A DNA stretch of 64,000 bases, from positions 5,644,001 through 5,708,000 of the forward strand of contig CM119372.1 in assembly GCA_051294905.1 (NCBI GenBank). Direction: 5' to 3'. Below the pieces are notes generated by a model. That model ran no database searches. It saw only the letters and a list, made by a program, of their open reading frames with translations, and was not told the DNA's origin. Position 1 is the stretch's first letter; each line of letters begins with the position of its first letter. Below, in pieces: positions 12,434 to 25,241 of the stretch. Source of the stretch: Botryllus schlosseri. Taxonomy: Eukaryota. A program made the translations under genes and the position numbers.

Positions 12434-12692
12434 GAGATAGTGTAATGGTTATGCGTCCGGCTTCTCGATCGGTAGGTCGTGGGTTCGATCCCCGGCCGGG
12501 TCATACCAAAGACTCGAAAATTGGTATCCGCAGCTATCCTGCTAGGCGCTCAGCGATCACGGATAGCATGGAGGAGAAAAAAACGGGTGCGCAGACTAGA
12601 TGACCTCACGGACGCATAGCAAGTCCGTCGTCAAAGCATCTCGATGAGACGATGATGCAGGCGAAAAAGAATATCACATCTCTCTCTCTCTC
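12434..12692 (+). mobile_element. tRNA-derived SINE
   Basis: A box TAGTGTAATGG, B box GGTTCGATCCC, then a non-tRNA body GTCATACCAAAGACT..AAATTGGTATCC..CCTGCTAGGCGCTCAGC and a (CT)n tail. 3' end approximate. Confidence 0.75.
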
Positions 12693-13977
12693 ACTGTGCC
12701 ATGCCTCTTCATCGCCTGTCTATTTGTTTGGGAACAGTTCCGGGCGCTCTTTCTGATTGAGTGTGTAATGTGTAGCCTATGCTATATTTACCACGTTATT
12801 TCAATTTTGTTACTATAATCGTAGGCCAGGATGGAAGTTTGATTTATTGACTTCACCAAGTCGTTTCGATACCTTCCATTCTTTTCATTGTACCGCAATC
12901 TTGTGGTGTATTGGTCGGATAAAATTGTGAATGATAAATGGAACTCAATACTTACAATTTAGTATTTTGAATTGGCGGAGTGGTGATAAATGGATACTTA
13001 CATTGACCATGAAACTAAGGACGAATGCTGTTCCAATAAACCAATAAACCAATACTTGCCAACCAGTGGCTCGCGACCCATTTGTGGGTCGCGTAGCATT
13101 TCTAAATGTTACAGTTTTTCCTTTAATATGTCGCCGAGGCTGCTTTTGGCTGTTACGGAACGCCAATCTTCTAATTGATAAGATAGCGATTTTGTAGGAA
13201 TAAATATTAAACTTTTGGAATACCGACGATTTTACATGTGGCGGTTGGTCAAAATTACCTAAAATAGGTTTGCAATTTTAGGTATTTCTGAATATTTTCA
13301 GAGTGGAAAATCAATCAAGTCTAATCGAACCTAGACTTGTTCTGATATTAGCTAATATGCAAGCTCAACTTACGCATGAATAGTAAATTTGATGTGTAGA
13401 ATTGTTTCTATTCTCATTCGTTTTGACATATCTTACTATGGGTCGCCAACTGTAAAAGGTTGGGAAGCAGTGCACGGACATGAATCTGTGTCGGAAACCA
13501 GCTAGGAAGTACCTGCAAACCACGTAACCGGCCGTGAGGCAGTAGCGTTGGTCACGTCGTTATATTATGACTGGATTTCTTCTTAAAGTGCGATCAATTT
13601 ACATTCCTCCGCAAAAGTAACCTCCCATTCGCGAGCCAACGCGGCGACGGGATGATTGAAACTCGCGTTAAAAGCCTCGGCGGAATCTTTATTCGATAAT
13701 TGCGCGCCGCCAGCAGCATGCTAGCAAGTCGACTCGTCGGGTAGCTGTAAATTGTCACAGTCTGCAGGATTTTCAAGATCACCAACTCATCGAGTTCGCC
13801 GCAAATGCGCCATCACATTACCGGTAGAGAGTGCTTTGAGATGAAATGGTTGGCGTGTGTGAGTTGAAATGAAACTAGGTTGGCGTGTTTTAAATTTCGA
13901 CACGAAGGCACACAAATGAAAACATGAACGACCTCTCCGTGCGGCGCGAAAACTGCCGTCTCAATAAGTAGACTCTT

Positions 13978-14198
13978 GAGAGGTACACAACTTCAATGTA
14001 CAAATGAATAATATATTCATATTGATATAAACCCGAATATTTTCGGCCAAGATTCGTGAGGGGTGATCGTCATAAGCTAGCAGTAGAGACTAACCAAATA
14101 TTTGGTGATACGATTGTTTATGTTCTTTTCAATTCCCAAACTATAGTTGCCGACGATTACCCCTGACGAGTATATTGTATTTCGACATGAATATATTG
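13978..14198. mobile_element. Degenerate copy of the palindromic Penelope-like pLTR element
   Basis: Matches 5241-5345 and, at its right end, ..gacgattacccctgacgag (5607-5625). Confidence 0.65.
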
Positions 14199-14864
14199 TC
14201 CAATTTTATCGGACAGCATCTGTCAAATAAGCAATGCTTTGTAACTGTTGAAATCATATTCTACTTCACACATCCACTTTTTCAGCGCAATTACATTAAG
14301 CTTTTTCGATCAAACATAATCTGGGTGGTTTTGCGACTGGATGTACAGGAAGTTTGAAGCAATAAAAGACAGGCATTCCGCTTTTTCTTCTTCAACTTTC
14401 AGCACGATTATGGATTACGTTGTATCACGCTGCGCACTGGTGAACAGCAAGCGATCAATCAAGTGTTCGCTGCGGGATTACGGGGAAGATTCGCGTAACT
14501 TTCTGCGCCGCTGTTGACATAACCTCGTAAGCCCCAGCGAAAAGAAAACTTTCGTGCTTTCGAGATTATCGAATCGCTGTCCGAAAGATTTGGAGACGGT
14601 TTATATGAAAAACGTGGCGAGGGGCGCTCATTGATCACCACGGACAAGGTAACCTGCTGTTTTTGGTATTCACGGTGTTTTTTGACTGCATTTACACCAC
14701 TTCCGATATTATTCATGATGATTACGCATCTGCCGTAGCACGGCTCACTACTGGGCGTTTTAAGACACCGCTTCCGCGGAACGGATTGCGAGGCGCGGAG
14801 CCTCCAACACACAGGAAAAGATTCTGGAGCTAAACTGAAGTATACAGCCGTTACTATTACCGTT

Positions 14865-16905
14865 TTAGTGATGTTTATTCAAATATGTACATAAAATATC
14901 AAAAATTTCAGAAATAAAATCTTTCCCCATCATCGGGTCATCTCGTCTCAGCCGTTGCTGAAGTAGGATTTGTATACGCGGTCGTAGTAGACGCCGTCGT
15001 AAGTTGGTGCTCGTAGTCGCTCGGCTCATCTCATCGCAGCAGTCGATGTCGATTCGCGGTCGTAGTAGGAGCCGCCAGTACTTGGCGCTCGTTTGCGTGT
15101 GATTTTCATATAAATTTGGTGGAGTGGTGGTGGGTGGAGTAGGAATATGGTAGGGGTGGGTGGGGTAGGAATAGGATAGGGGGGGGTGGTGGATAGGGTA
15201 GATTTGGGGGTGGGTAGGTGGTGGTTTAGGGGGGGTTAGAGTGAGATGGGATGGGATGTTCGGGTGGTTGGGATAGGTTGCAGGTGGATTGGTTGCGTTT
15301 TGTGGGTCGATAAATGCAATGTGATTTATCGCGCGAGCGTTTAAACGGCTCGCTTAAATTATTCGGTATATTTTACTTCTTATATCGTTGATGCGTTGGT
15401 CAATATTTTGGGCGTATTCATTTTGTATGTCGAGTGCATTTTTCCATTCCCACACAAGGGTTTTCACGTTCATAAAAGCTTGTATTATAGTCGGAGCTTG
15501 CGGTCCGTCGTATACGTTGCGTATGATCTCGTCGGGTGTAGCGTCAATAGTCGTTTGCAGGTCGTTCTCGAGATCCTGTATTACAAGAGAGAACAGTTTT
15601 TTGTAAGTTGCACATTCGGCGAAAGTGTGACGCAGAGTGTCTTCGGCGTGTTGGCAGAATTTGCATTTGTTTTTCAAGTAGGCGTCTTTTCGTCGTACCA
15701 AGCCTTCGTTGGTTTTTCTGGAGCCTGTAAAGTAGCTCTCAGTGTTAATGCGATACGAAATCTCACGTTTCTTGTTGTCAATGTGGTCTTTGATATTGGG
15801 TTGGTATAGCCATATCTCTTTCCAGTCCGCCATGCGGCTTCCTCCTTGTTGCGTCTTCGTTTTAACAAGGATCTGGTACATTTCTTTCTGGCTTAGTTCT
15901 TGTATATCTTGTGATTGGCTTTTAATTACGTCGAAGATTTCCTTTTCCTTCTTCCATTCCTCCGTCAATGTATTTCTGTGAGGGCAGAGGTTGTTGTATA
16001 AATTGCAATTTATATCTCTCACCTTCGTTGTTAGATTGTATATCGCTTCTGCATGCCAGATATCGATCGGGTGCTCCAGTCGACTGAGTTGTTGTAGTCT
16101 TTTTGCTCTCTTCGCTTGTGCTGCAGATTCGATATCTGGCATATCAATTCCTCCTTCTGGCTTAGGTCTGATAAGTTGCATTCTGCTTTTTTGCTCAAGT
16201 TTCTCAGGACTCCACAGTAGGCCGAAGACGAGGAGTTCGAGTTTTTGAGCTTGTCGCCTGGAATTTTCTTGTTAGCATATGTATAAGTTATTTTGCCAAT
16301 TATGTATGCCTTAATCGCCGTTATTTTACCAATCCAAGAAAGTCGTTTTGATTTAATATGCCTTACGCTTTTCTCGACTCCTTGCCAGAGTCTGTCAAAG
16401 TTCATTTGCAGTTCGCTTTCTCCGTGGTATAAGCCCAGTATCTTAATTACCGGCTTTAGCATATGTGCGTGCGCAGTTTTTTGCAGTCTGATACGTGATT
16501 TTTCGTTCAGCGGTAGGATTTCCGTCTTGTCTGTGTTGATATCTTGACCTGTCACTCTATGCAAGCTTTGATATTCGTTAAAGACTGTGGTAATAGAGTC
16601 AGTTGTTCTTAGATACAGTGTGACGTCATCAGCAAATTGGTCTAATTTATGCTCTATCCCGCCGATTCTGATGCCTTTGATCTTGTCGTTGGTGCATAAC
16701 CTGTGGGCTAGCGGGTCTGCGCTAATCGCGTATAGCGTCATACTCAAAGGACATCCTTGTCTAATGCCCCTTGTACAATTTACATTGGCTGCTTGGAGAC
16801 CGTTAACCTCGAGGGTTGCAATAGGATTATCATATATGGCTTTGATCACTTTAAGAGTTTCTTCCGTGACGGGCAGTTTGTCAATCACTTTGAGGAGCAT
16901 TACCA
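14865..16905 (-). mobile_element. 5'-truncated L1/Tx1-clade non-LTR retrotransposon (RT plus C-terminal CCHC), one frameshift
   Basis: RGIRQGCPLS and QFADD in ORF 16031-16900; PKPEGG and CKFC..H..C in ORF 15354-16181; frameshift at a T-run near 16245; C-rich 3'UTR; AATAAA near 14875. Confidence 0.9.
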
Positions 16906-17189
16906 GGCCATGATCTACAATATCGACATACCGTTACATGGCACACTCATTTTCATCGCTAGGCTTTTTACGGTCAGTTCAATTACCTTTCATCCTGTGT
17001 CCCATTCGTACCTCTTATTTCCTTACTGTAGGCTTAGGTGGGTGTCTGATTCTAACACTACTGCAAGTCGGAGTGAGAAAGATAACATATTTATTATCGT
17101 CTGCTTTGACTATGGAGATGCGATATACCATTTAAGTAAGGTTCAACCCACGACCACCACGTCACCTCGCTCAGTAAGGAAGTACTTAA

Positions 17190-18626
17190 CCCTTTGTAAC
17201 CGGCCGGCCTACTGACCAAAATTTTACTGCATCCACATAGAAAACGATAAAATGTCATCCATATGGCTTAAATCGACGCCCAATATATTGCCGTAAACCT
17301 GAAGTAGCCGCCTAGCGGTCTGAGATACTCTCACGGCTCAGACGCCAGAGGGAATAGCGTTATGCGAGAAAATGTTCGCGATTTCTTGAAAATAAATTAC
17401 AATTTTGTTCTTCTATATCTCCTGACGTCATACCTAGGCCCTCTCTTAGTATATGACCACCATTGATTGCCTTCCGCATGAATCTCTACGTTCCAACGAG
17501 ACATTACATGCTACCATAGCGCTTCATAGCCCAGCGCTACGATCTTGGAAAGGTAGTGATGATGAGCACAATCACGCGGCCGCCGCCGATGAGTAATCGA
17601 TTACGTAATCTCGTATTCTCGTTGAAGGCAACGCGCGTCCAGTTGTGCAGAACATAGGAACTGCCTTGGCAATGTTGCCGTTAGTATAAGCCTACATCTC
17701 CATGCTATTGAAGTGTTATCAACCCCAGTTGCTTGTTATATGTAACTTGCAGCTGCAAGGAATCCGTAAGTATACACATATTGCCTCATTCGACACTGTC
17801 CAGTGCCCATATACGCTCGGGAAGTTATTTCACGTGATACATTGCTTTATTTCGCATCAATTTGAACTGTATTCTACACGGCTAATGCTCCATGTATGAT
17901 CAACAGTAGTCATACAAGCCAACAGTAAATTCGTGTGCCATCTAAAACAGATATATAACTGCCTCTATATGATGTTGTTATCACAGGCTCGGGTACAAAA
18001 ATAGCCTAACTCGCACGCTTATTTGTGCGGTGTTAGGGCTGGTGTCGGCTTTCTTATACAAAACTAAGCTCCATGATATGGATATTGATGGATATGCCAG
18101 GATAATGGCTAACTATATGCATAATTTGCTATTGCCTGAAGCAATTGTACATCTGTTTGAAACCGCAACGAGTCAGGTCATCTTACGCAGCCATGATTTT
18201 CACGTAATAAGGTATGCTTCTTTCACGTCAATTTGAAACATCTTCTACGTGCTAATCTTCGATATAAGGACTTTCATAGAATAGTATGACCAACAACAAG
18301 TCATAGAAGATAACTGTAATCGGTTATATGAAGTCTAGAACGGAAGATACAATGGTTTATATTTCAGGCGGTCACTCACGCGAACATCATTACAAATTCA
18401 ATTTTGCGGGAAACCTTTTTGCGTGTTCAATCTGCATTTCAAGCAGGATATACATTGCAGCATTAGGTTATACATGGTCTGATGTATGCGTATTTATAAG
18501 AGCTATACATACCAACCGATTGCAATCGTTTATGACCAATACAGGTCTAGCTATCTTGGATTAAATATCGACTCCTCTGCGTTAAACAGTCGCGGTCTAG
18601 TATACTAGACCGCCGGTCGCAAAGGG
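17190..18626. mobile_element. Non-autonomous piggyBac-type element
   Basis: TTAA|CCCTTTGTAACCGGC...GCCGGTCGCAAAGGG|TTAA; no transposase seen. Confidence 0.7.
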
Positions 18627-18696
18627 TTAAGTCGTTTCGACACCCTCCTATCATTTCATTGCATCGCAATCTTGACTGACTGACAAGGTATATGTT

Positions 18697-20092
18697 CAGA
18701 CTTGTACAAACTACTGAATTTTCAAAAAGCGCAACTAGAACTAGAACTAGAACTACTCAATTTTTAAGACTCGCAACTATAACTATAACTAGAACTACCC
18801 AATTTTCAAATTACGCAACTAGAACTAGAACTAGAACTACTCAATTTTCAAAACTCGCAACTATAACTATAACTAGAACTAACGAAATTTAAATATCGGC
18901 AACTAACTAACTAAAACACAACTAACTAAATTTAATTCTCAATCAACTCATTCTTTTTTATTTTATTCGAATTCGGCGTTCCAGACTTCCACATGAACGT
19001 CGGTACAGCGAAATTACTGAAAAATCAGACATACAGAACTTTTCTGTAATCAGTACGGAATAAACTAAACCATTTTCTGCAGCGGTTATACTGATTGCAG
19101 CGAATCAACATGAGTCGCGAAAATGATTTTCCGTTGAATTTTGCCCTCTTTGGGGAATACAAAATCCCAGCATGAGAGAAAGCTCTTCCACTGGGCGCAG
19201 ATGTCGCAGTCATCCCAAGAAAATCTTTCGCCAAGTTCCGTAATTCTGGCAAGTCGGTCATATTCCGCCAACAGTTTGGCACATTCTGACTCAGGAGTAG
19301 TCGCTGTTCCCTGGCATACTTTTTCACCTCATACGGGCCGGATTTAACTTCAAGCGGACGACACTGACTTGGAGATAGAAAGTTGAAGAGTGAGATTTTC
19401 GGTTACTTGTGAGTTGGAGAGCCAGGAGGAGACGACCCAGGCAATTTCTGCAATTTCCTTTGTAAAGATACCTTGGGCGAATCCAGATCGTCTTCTCTTT
19501 GTGCCTGGGCAGGCGTGGTCGGCATCATCATCACGAATCAAATCTCGTAAGTTTAACAGACGCGACAGCTTAGTTCCGAGACAATACTCGCCAGCGCACA
19601 GCAGGAGATCACTAGTTCACATTCCAATTAGTAAACAACCTCAGCGGGAGATCGCGTGTCCCTGCGCACTGTCGATTGTTGTAAATTTGCCAGGTTATCA
19701 GTGAACTCGGCATAATCAATGTATTAACTATGATCCAACAATGAGCATTTGATCCTTTGTCATGATCACATTAGTAACCCTCAGTAACCTCACTTGTCAC
19801 GCGAGGAGAGTTCTCCTCGCGCAGGGCAGGACACACGAGTGTTTTCTAGTTGTTCGGCAACTAATATTTTTTTGAAATGCACAACTAAAACTAGAACTAG
19901 AACTACGGAATTTTCAAAATCTGCAACTAGAACTAGAACTAGAACTACGGAATTTTCAAAATCCGCAACTACAACTAGAACTAGAACTACGGAATTTTCA
20001 AAATCCGCAACTACAACTGGAACTAGAACTACTCAAAAAACTGTTAGTCAGTTGACCGTCAACTAACTAAATGTTTAGTTTGTACAAGTCTG
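18697..20092 (-). mobile_element. Internally deleted hAT transposon
   Basis: TIR CAGACTTGTACAAACTA; TSD tatatgtt on both sides; AACTAG subterminal arrays; hAT dimerization remnant (LAKDFLGMTATSAPSGRAFS) at 19025-19327. Confidence 0.93.
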
Positions 20093-22700
20093 TATATGTT
20101 ACCAATGGCGTTGGTTCATTTTTAAAATACGATATTTTCAAGTACAACCCGCACTATAAGTTGGCGATTGTCGAAAAACGGTGCGAAGGCCGCAGAGACA
20201 GGGGATATCTAGATATCCCTGGTACACACTCTTCTCTGTGCGTGAGAAGGACGTTGGTTTAATATGCTCGTAAAGACAAGGCTTTCACTGGATGCTATCA
20301 ATTCTAATATCTGCGCCCTCGCATGGATGTAGCAAATCAGCGTAGAGCTGGCATGTTCCATAATAATTATACATTGCATTGTGATATATATATATTGGTC
20401 GACAGCTTTCCGACTTTCAATCATTCCGAATATTGACCATCGTATCAGCCTGTTGCAGCAATCCAACCGTGTCCCCCACGCGTCGAGCTGATATCGCCAA
20501 CCATAACAAGATAAGACCTTTCGACACTTGATCAGAATCATCAGTCTTGTGGTTTGTCCAACGTAGCATTCTGCGGATCCGTAGCGACCTAGCGTATATG
20601 AGAGTCTTCCACTCTTCCCGTATTCATTTCCGCACGTGACATCCGCGCTACCCGAGTTTTGTGACTGAATCAAAATCTTTTCCTTGCTGATAGAGATTCC
20701 CGTTCGATTCGGAGTCAACAAAACTGCTTGATGAAGATTTAAGTAAGATTTAAACCAAGTATCGATGTTAATAGTTTTAATGAAGTGAATTGGCGGGTAT
20801 CTACAGACCCAAGGTTGCAAATATGCCACATACTTAAATGTTCTATAGCAGGCCAAGATGGGTGTCTGATCGAAAGACTACTTCAAGTCGTTTCGACACG
20901 TTCCTAACCTTACATTTAACGCAATATTGTGGTGTTATTGAATGATCACAACACGATTACAGCTCGCCTGTTTAAGACAGCTGTTATCAATAGAAGTCTT
21001 TTCGTATGACCCACGACAATATTCTGCAACATAGTACAACAGTCGGCATTAATTTTTTCCCAGAGGCTGAATAGCATTGCTATTAATATCATATAAAGTC
21101 TTGATGTGTTTGATCCCTTTTATTTGGTATTTTACTTAAGGAAAGACTCGCTAAATGATAAAATATTGTAATTTAGATGCTAGCGATTGCAATAAAGCAA
21201 ATTAAACAATAAAAACAGTATTTTAGACCAGCCCACTGTTTGAAACTACAGTATTTTGAATATATTTTCATTTTAAACAGAACCGGGGCCACTACCGAAG
21301 CCTACGCGTAATATACTTTCGCTCTGCAAGCTCTTGTGATCTGCAGTTATGCAAGACTCCATACTACGACATCCCTTAGTAAATCGTCCATTAAATCTGC
21401 CCCCATGGTCGGCAAAACGATACGGATTCGAGGCGACTCGCACATCTGTCCTCGCGGAGAGATGACGCATCAGTTTATGACGAAACGGAACCGTCAAACC
21501 AGTCACGACGAATATCTATTTTGCCGATCGCAAAACAAAACAACCCACTAGGAAAGCCGGTGCGGGAAGTATATGCCAACGCACCTGCGCCTACTCAAAA
21601 ACAAAGACATAATGTCAGAGTGAAATATTCTTTTAGAAAATTCACGAATTCATAACGTCGAATTGAAGGCGACATTCGATGCTGTGACAAATTATAAAGC
21701 AGTGCTTCCCATCAGTGTGCAGCGAAGATGTTTCGGGTAGACTTGGACAACTATATAACTCTAGCTGTCTAATTGAGTAATTATTAGAGCGAAATGCTGG
21801 CAATCTAATTCTAATAGACGTTTCTTTGCTCTAATTCTAATTTAAATTCTGAAATGTTTCTATGCTCTATTCTCTAATTGTATTCTAATTTTCGGTTTCC
21901 TGAAAATGCTGCAGCAGAAATGTGTAGCGCAAAACGAGGCAAGCTTGCTGCACGGACATTTGAAATTCGAAATTCTTGTACATACATTTGCGATGCTCAT
22001 GCTTATGTGAATCAACTCTAATTTGATTCGAACTGGACTTGATTTCATTTCCAAGTTTTCGCGAATTCAGTAATTCTAATTCAATTCCAACCTGTGCAGT
22101 TATAATTATAATATAATTTGGAAAAGCCCTTTATAGATGTTAATGCAAAAAAGGATTCGGGTAAGTCGCAAAGCATTTCCTATTCAATACGTCGAAGAGG
22201 GCTGCTTTTGGTTATTATGAAATGCCAGCAATCTTGTAATTGACATGATAGCAATTTTATAGGTACTAATAAAAAAAACTTTGAAATACTGACGGTATTG
22301 CATGTGACTGCTGGTCGAAACTGGAAAGGTCAGAAAGAACCGCTATAAAGAGTATTATATGCATTATTTCATTTGGATATGACTAGCCTACGGAAAAATT
22401 CTGGAAAGATTTCGCTTCGAACCCGTGGAACTGAATTCGGAGTTGTAACAGCATCGAGGCATCTCTTCGTCAGCTCATTTTTATACCTTCGCTTAGGTCT
22501 CTGATATATACTTCAATCTCGACAACTGACGCTCTACGCCGAGATTGTAGGCAACGTTTGAAGTGCAAACATCAATTCGTAGGGAAACCGAAATCCCGGA
22601 GACGTACATTCAGCATCGACAGTAAATTCAGCCAAAACGTAACAGCATGATACCAATTGCTTAATTACAAATCAATTTATAAATAATAATTAAAAATGAG

Positions 22701-22830
22701 CTACAGATCGGGCCTTATCGCCTGCAATCAATGATGGCCAAGGCGGGCGTGTCGTCGCAAATCCTATGTATGAGTCGAGTGTGTGTCTTGGCCTCCACGG
22801 CGCCCCTAAGGTGTTCCATGTAACAACGGT
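22701..22830 (-). pseudogene. Paralogous exon fragment of the 7423-7085 exon
   Basis: TLGAPWRPRHTLDSYIGFATTRPPWPSLIAGDKARSV aligns to VFGVSWRSRRSLGHYR*FVMTRPY*PSLVAGD*ARSV and has sense codons at the three stop positions. Confidence 0.7.
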
Positions 22831-23642
22831 TATAAACCACTTCCATATTATATCCCAGTTGGCCTACCGGGAATTTACATTACCGAGAATAGACACCACC
22901 GAGAATGAACATTACCAGGATTGGTCAATGCCGAGAATCTAACTTTGAGACGGACGTTGTCGAGAGATTTATATCTGAGAATCGACATCGAATGTGGCAC
23001 ATACACACTATCTGTAGCCTACATATGCATAACATGCCTGCATTGCATACATTGTATATGCACACGTGCAGTCGTGCATGCATACATTGTTTATGTGCCA
23101 CTTCCTAAATACGAACCCGCGAACGGTGATTAAATTATTTCTGCTATGTTCTAGAATCTAGATCTTGTTTGAACAATAACTCAATACGACGAGGTTGCAA
23201 TACGAAATCAGTAAATTATTAGCAGAATAACTTTACGGCAGCGACACGATCCGGAGTGCAGTTAAATGAAAGACCAGTAGACAACAGAACACAGGGTATA
23301 AATACGAAGCACGGCACAGGAGGAAATAATGATTGGCGGTAATTACTAATCCTAGAAACTAAAGAACAAACGATACCAACGTAAAATGCAACATCATCAA
23401 CATCCACGTTATACCAACATAACAGTCCTCCCCTGTAAGTTGAAAGTACAAGGACGCGGTTTACGTTGGCCGATAGAAATCAGTTTGTGTCCTAATTCTA
23501 AGAGTATAACGTGGAAGGAATGTATTTTGCTAATAAATATGGACTTGATTGCTCCGCCATTTCGCCGTTCACGTCTCTTAGCTGACCAACACGTGATGTG
23601 ACTTTTACTCCTCAAGCAAGTGATCGATCAATTTGGTTGGAA

Positions 23643-24735
23643 AAGGGTTGGGACTTCGGGATCAAATTTGAAATCCCGGGATCGGGATTCCCCGGGATTT
23701 GCGCTTCTCAATCCCGGGATTTCCCGGGATTAGCAAAGTAGTAAAATACACATACAAGCTACACACACAACATTTATTCCTTGTAGTATTGACGAAAAAC
23801 ATGCTCCCGTGAATACGAATGAAACCCAGCCACCGAAGGCCACCCGGAAAATGAGCGTTTAAATTCATGTACCGTCTGTTTCGTGTAGAAAATGATTCGT
23901 CAAACGTGGTCGAAAAACGTCCAATGCTGCGTTTCATTGCCATAAGCTCTTCTTCCACACACTTACGGATTTATTTGCTGTGCTCGATCACCAAGTTACG
24001 AACCCGTTTGCGACATCTTGACAAGTCATAGCCATAAGCCTTGAAGGCCCGACGAATTCACCCACTTTGGGTAATTGAATAAATGTTAACCCGCCCACAG
24101 CAGTTAACTGGTTAAGAAGTTCATCGAGGCGAGGCTTATGCGATCTATTTTATAGGAATCGATCTTCCTCGTCTTTATTTTTAGCTGATCTTTCTTTGAC
24201 GTGTCCGATTGAATCATGCATGATTTAATTACGATCATTTGTACGGACCTTAAATGCGGTATTATAGTCCCTTTGTGCTAGACACTGAAGCTTTCAAAAC
24301 GTCTTGACACAAGTTGCATTTGGCTTTTTATGTAGATTTATAAAACAAACCGTTTCGCTAAACATGTTATTTTCTCTTTGCGTTGACGTATCCGAAATTC
24401 GCCATTATTCGACCTGTATTTCACCTCCACAGCACCTTCCTTGTGACTTTCCGATACTCAGTTACACTGCTACCATTCGTAGACTACGACGGAGGTGATT
24501 GTGTAGTACATTGTTATGCCATAGCTGGCTTTAATATCAAATAATTGTGAATGGTTTTAGACTATCAGCAGAGTTTGTGACAATGCTTTATTACCAAAAT
24601 AAGAGATATGGCACTACGCAAGCCTTGGAAAATGCTCTTTACAAATCCCGGGATTTCATTGGGTGTAATCCCGGGATCGGGATTGCTTCAAAACCCGGGA
24701 TCCCGGGATCGGGATTTCCCGGGGTCCCAACGCTA
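23643..24735 (-). mobile_element. Internally deleted hAT transposon
   Basis: TIR (T/A)AG(G/C)GTTGGGAC; TSD gttggaa; TCCCGGGA subterminal repeats; remnant STTFDESFSTRNRRYMNLNAHF..LGFIRIHGS and a BED-finger trace (AKCNLC). Confidence 0.85.
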
Positions 24736-24999
24736 GTTGGAATTAAAGCAGTTTTACAATATCAGCTGATTGTGTCCGTGGTGTCCATTCTCGGTAATGA
24801 CTTTCTCGGTAATGATTTTCTCAGTATTTACCGGACACCATCTAGTCAGCCCTCATGATTACCGGACCTAGATCTGACATAAACCTTGCCTCTCGACACA
24901 TGCGTCATTCATTATCATCGGTAGTCATATTATGTTATCTCTCTGTTTTCATTGTATCGCAGTCTTGAGCTGCATTGAAATGATAAAATTGGTAATAAA

Positions 25000-25241
25000 G
25001 TGATACTGATACTAACACTCCCATTTGCAATGCCCAGAATGTCGGCTGTCTAGTCACTGAGTCAGTCTGTAGAAATTGCTGAGCTTCACGTAACGTGTAG
25101 ATAAGGAGTGAGTTGAATCTGTGATACTGATACTAATACTCCCATTTGCAATGCCCAGAATGTCGGCTGTCGAATCACTGAGTCAGTCTGTAGAAATTGC
25201 TGAGCGTCAGGTAACGTATAGATAAGGAGTGAGTTGAATCT
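25000..25241. repeat. Tandem duplication, 2 x 121 bp
   Basis: 25000-25120 and 25121-25241 are near-identical. Confidence 0.9.

Noticed and set aside
12434..12505. tRNA gene
   Set aside because: It continues into a SINE body without a poly-T terminator and has a diverged second copy nearby.
18692..20066. TRTRTT-repeat ORFs
   Set aside because: hAT subterminal AACTAG repeats.
23230..23425. Hydrophobic minus-strand exon-like segment
   Set aside because: Frame is ambiguous and it sits between MITE-like ends (~22863/24838).
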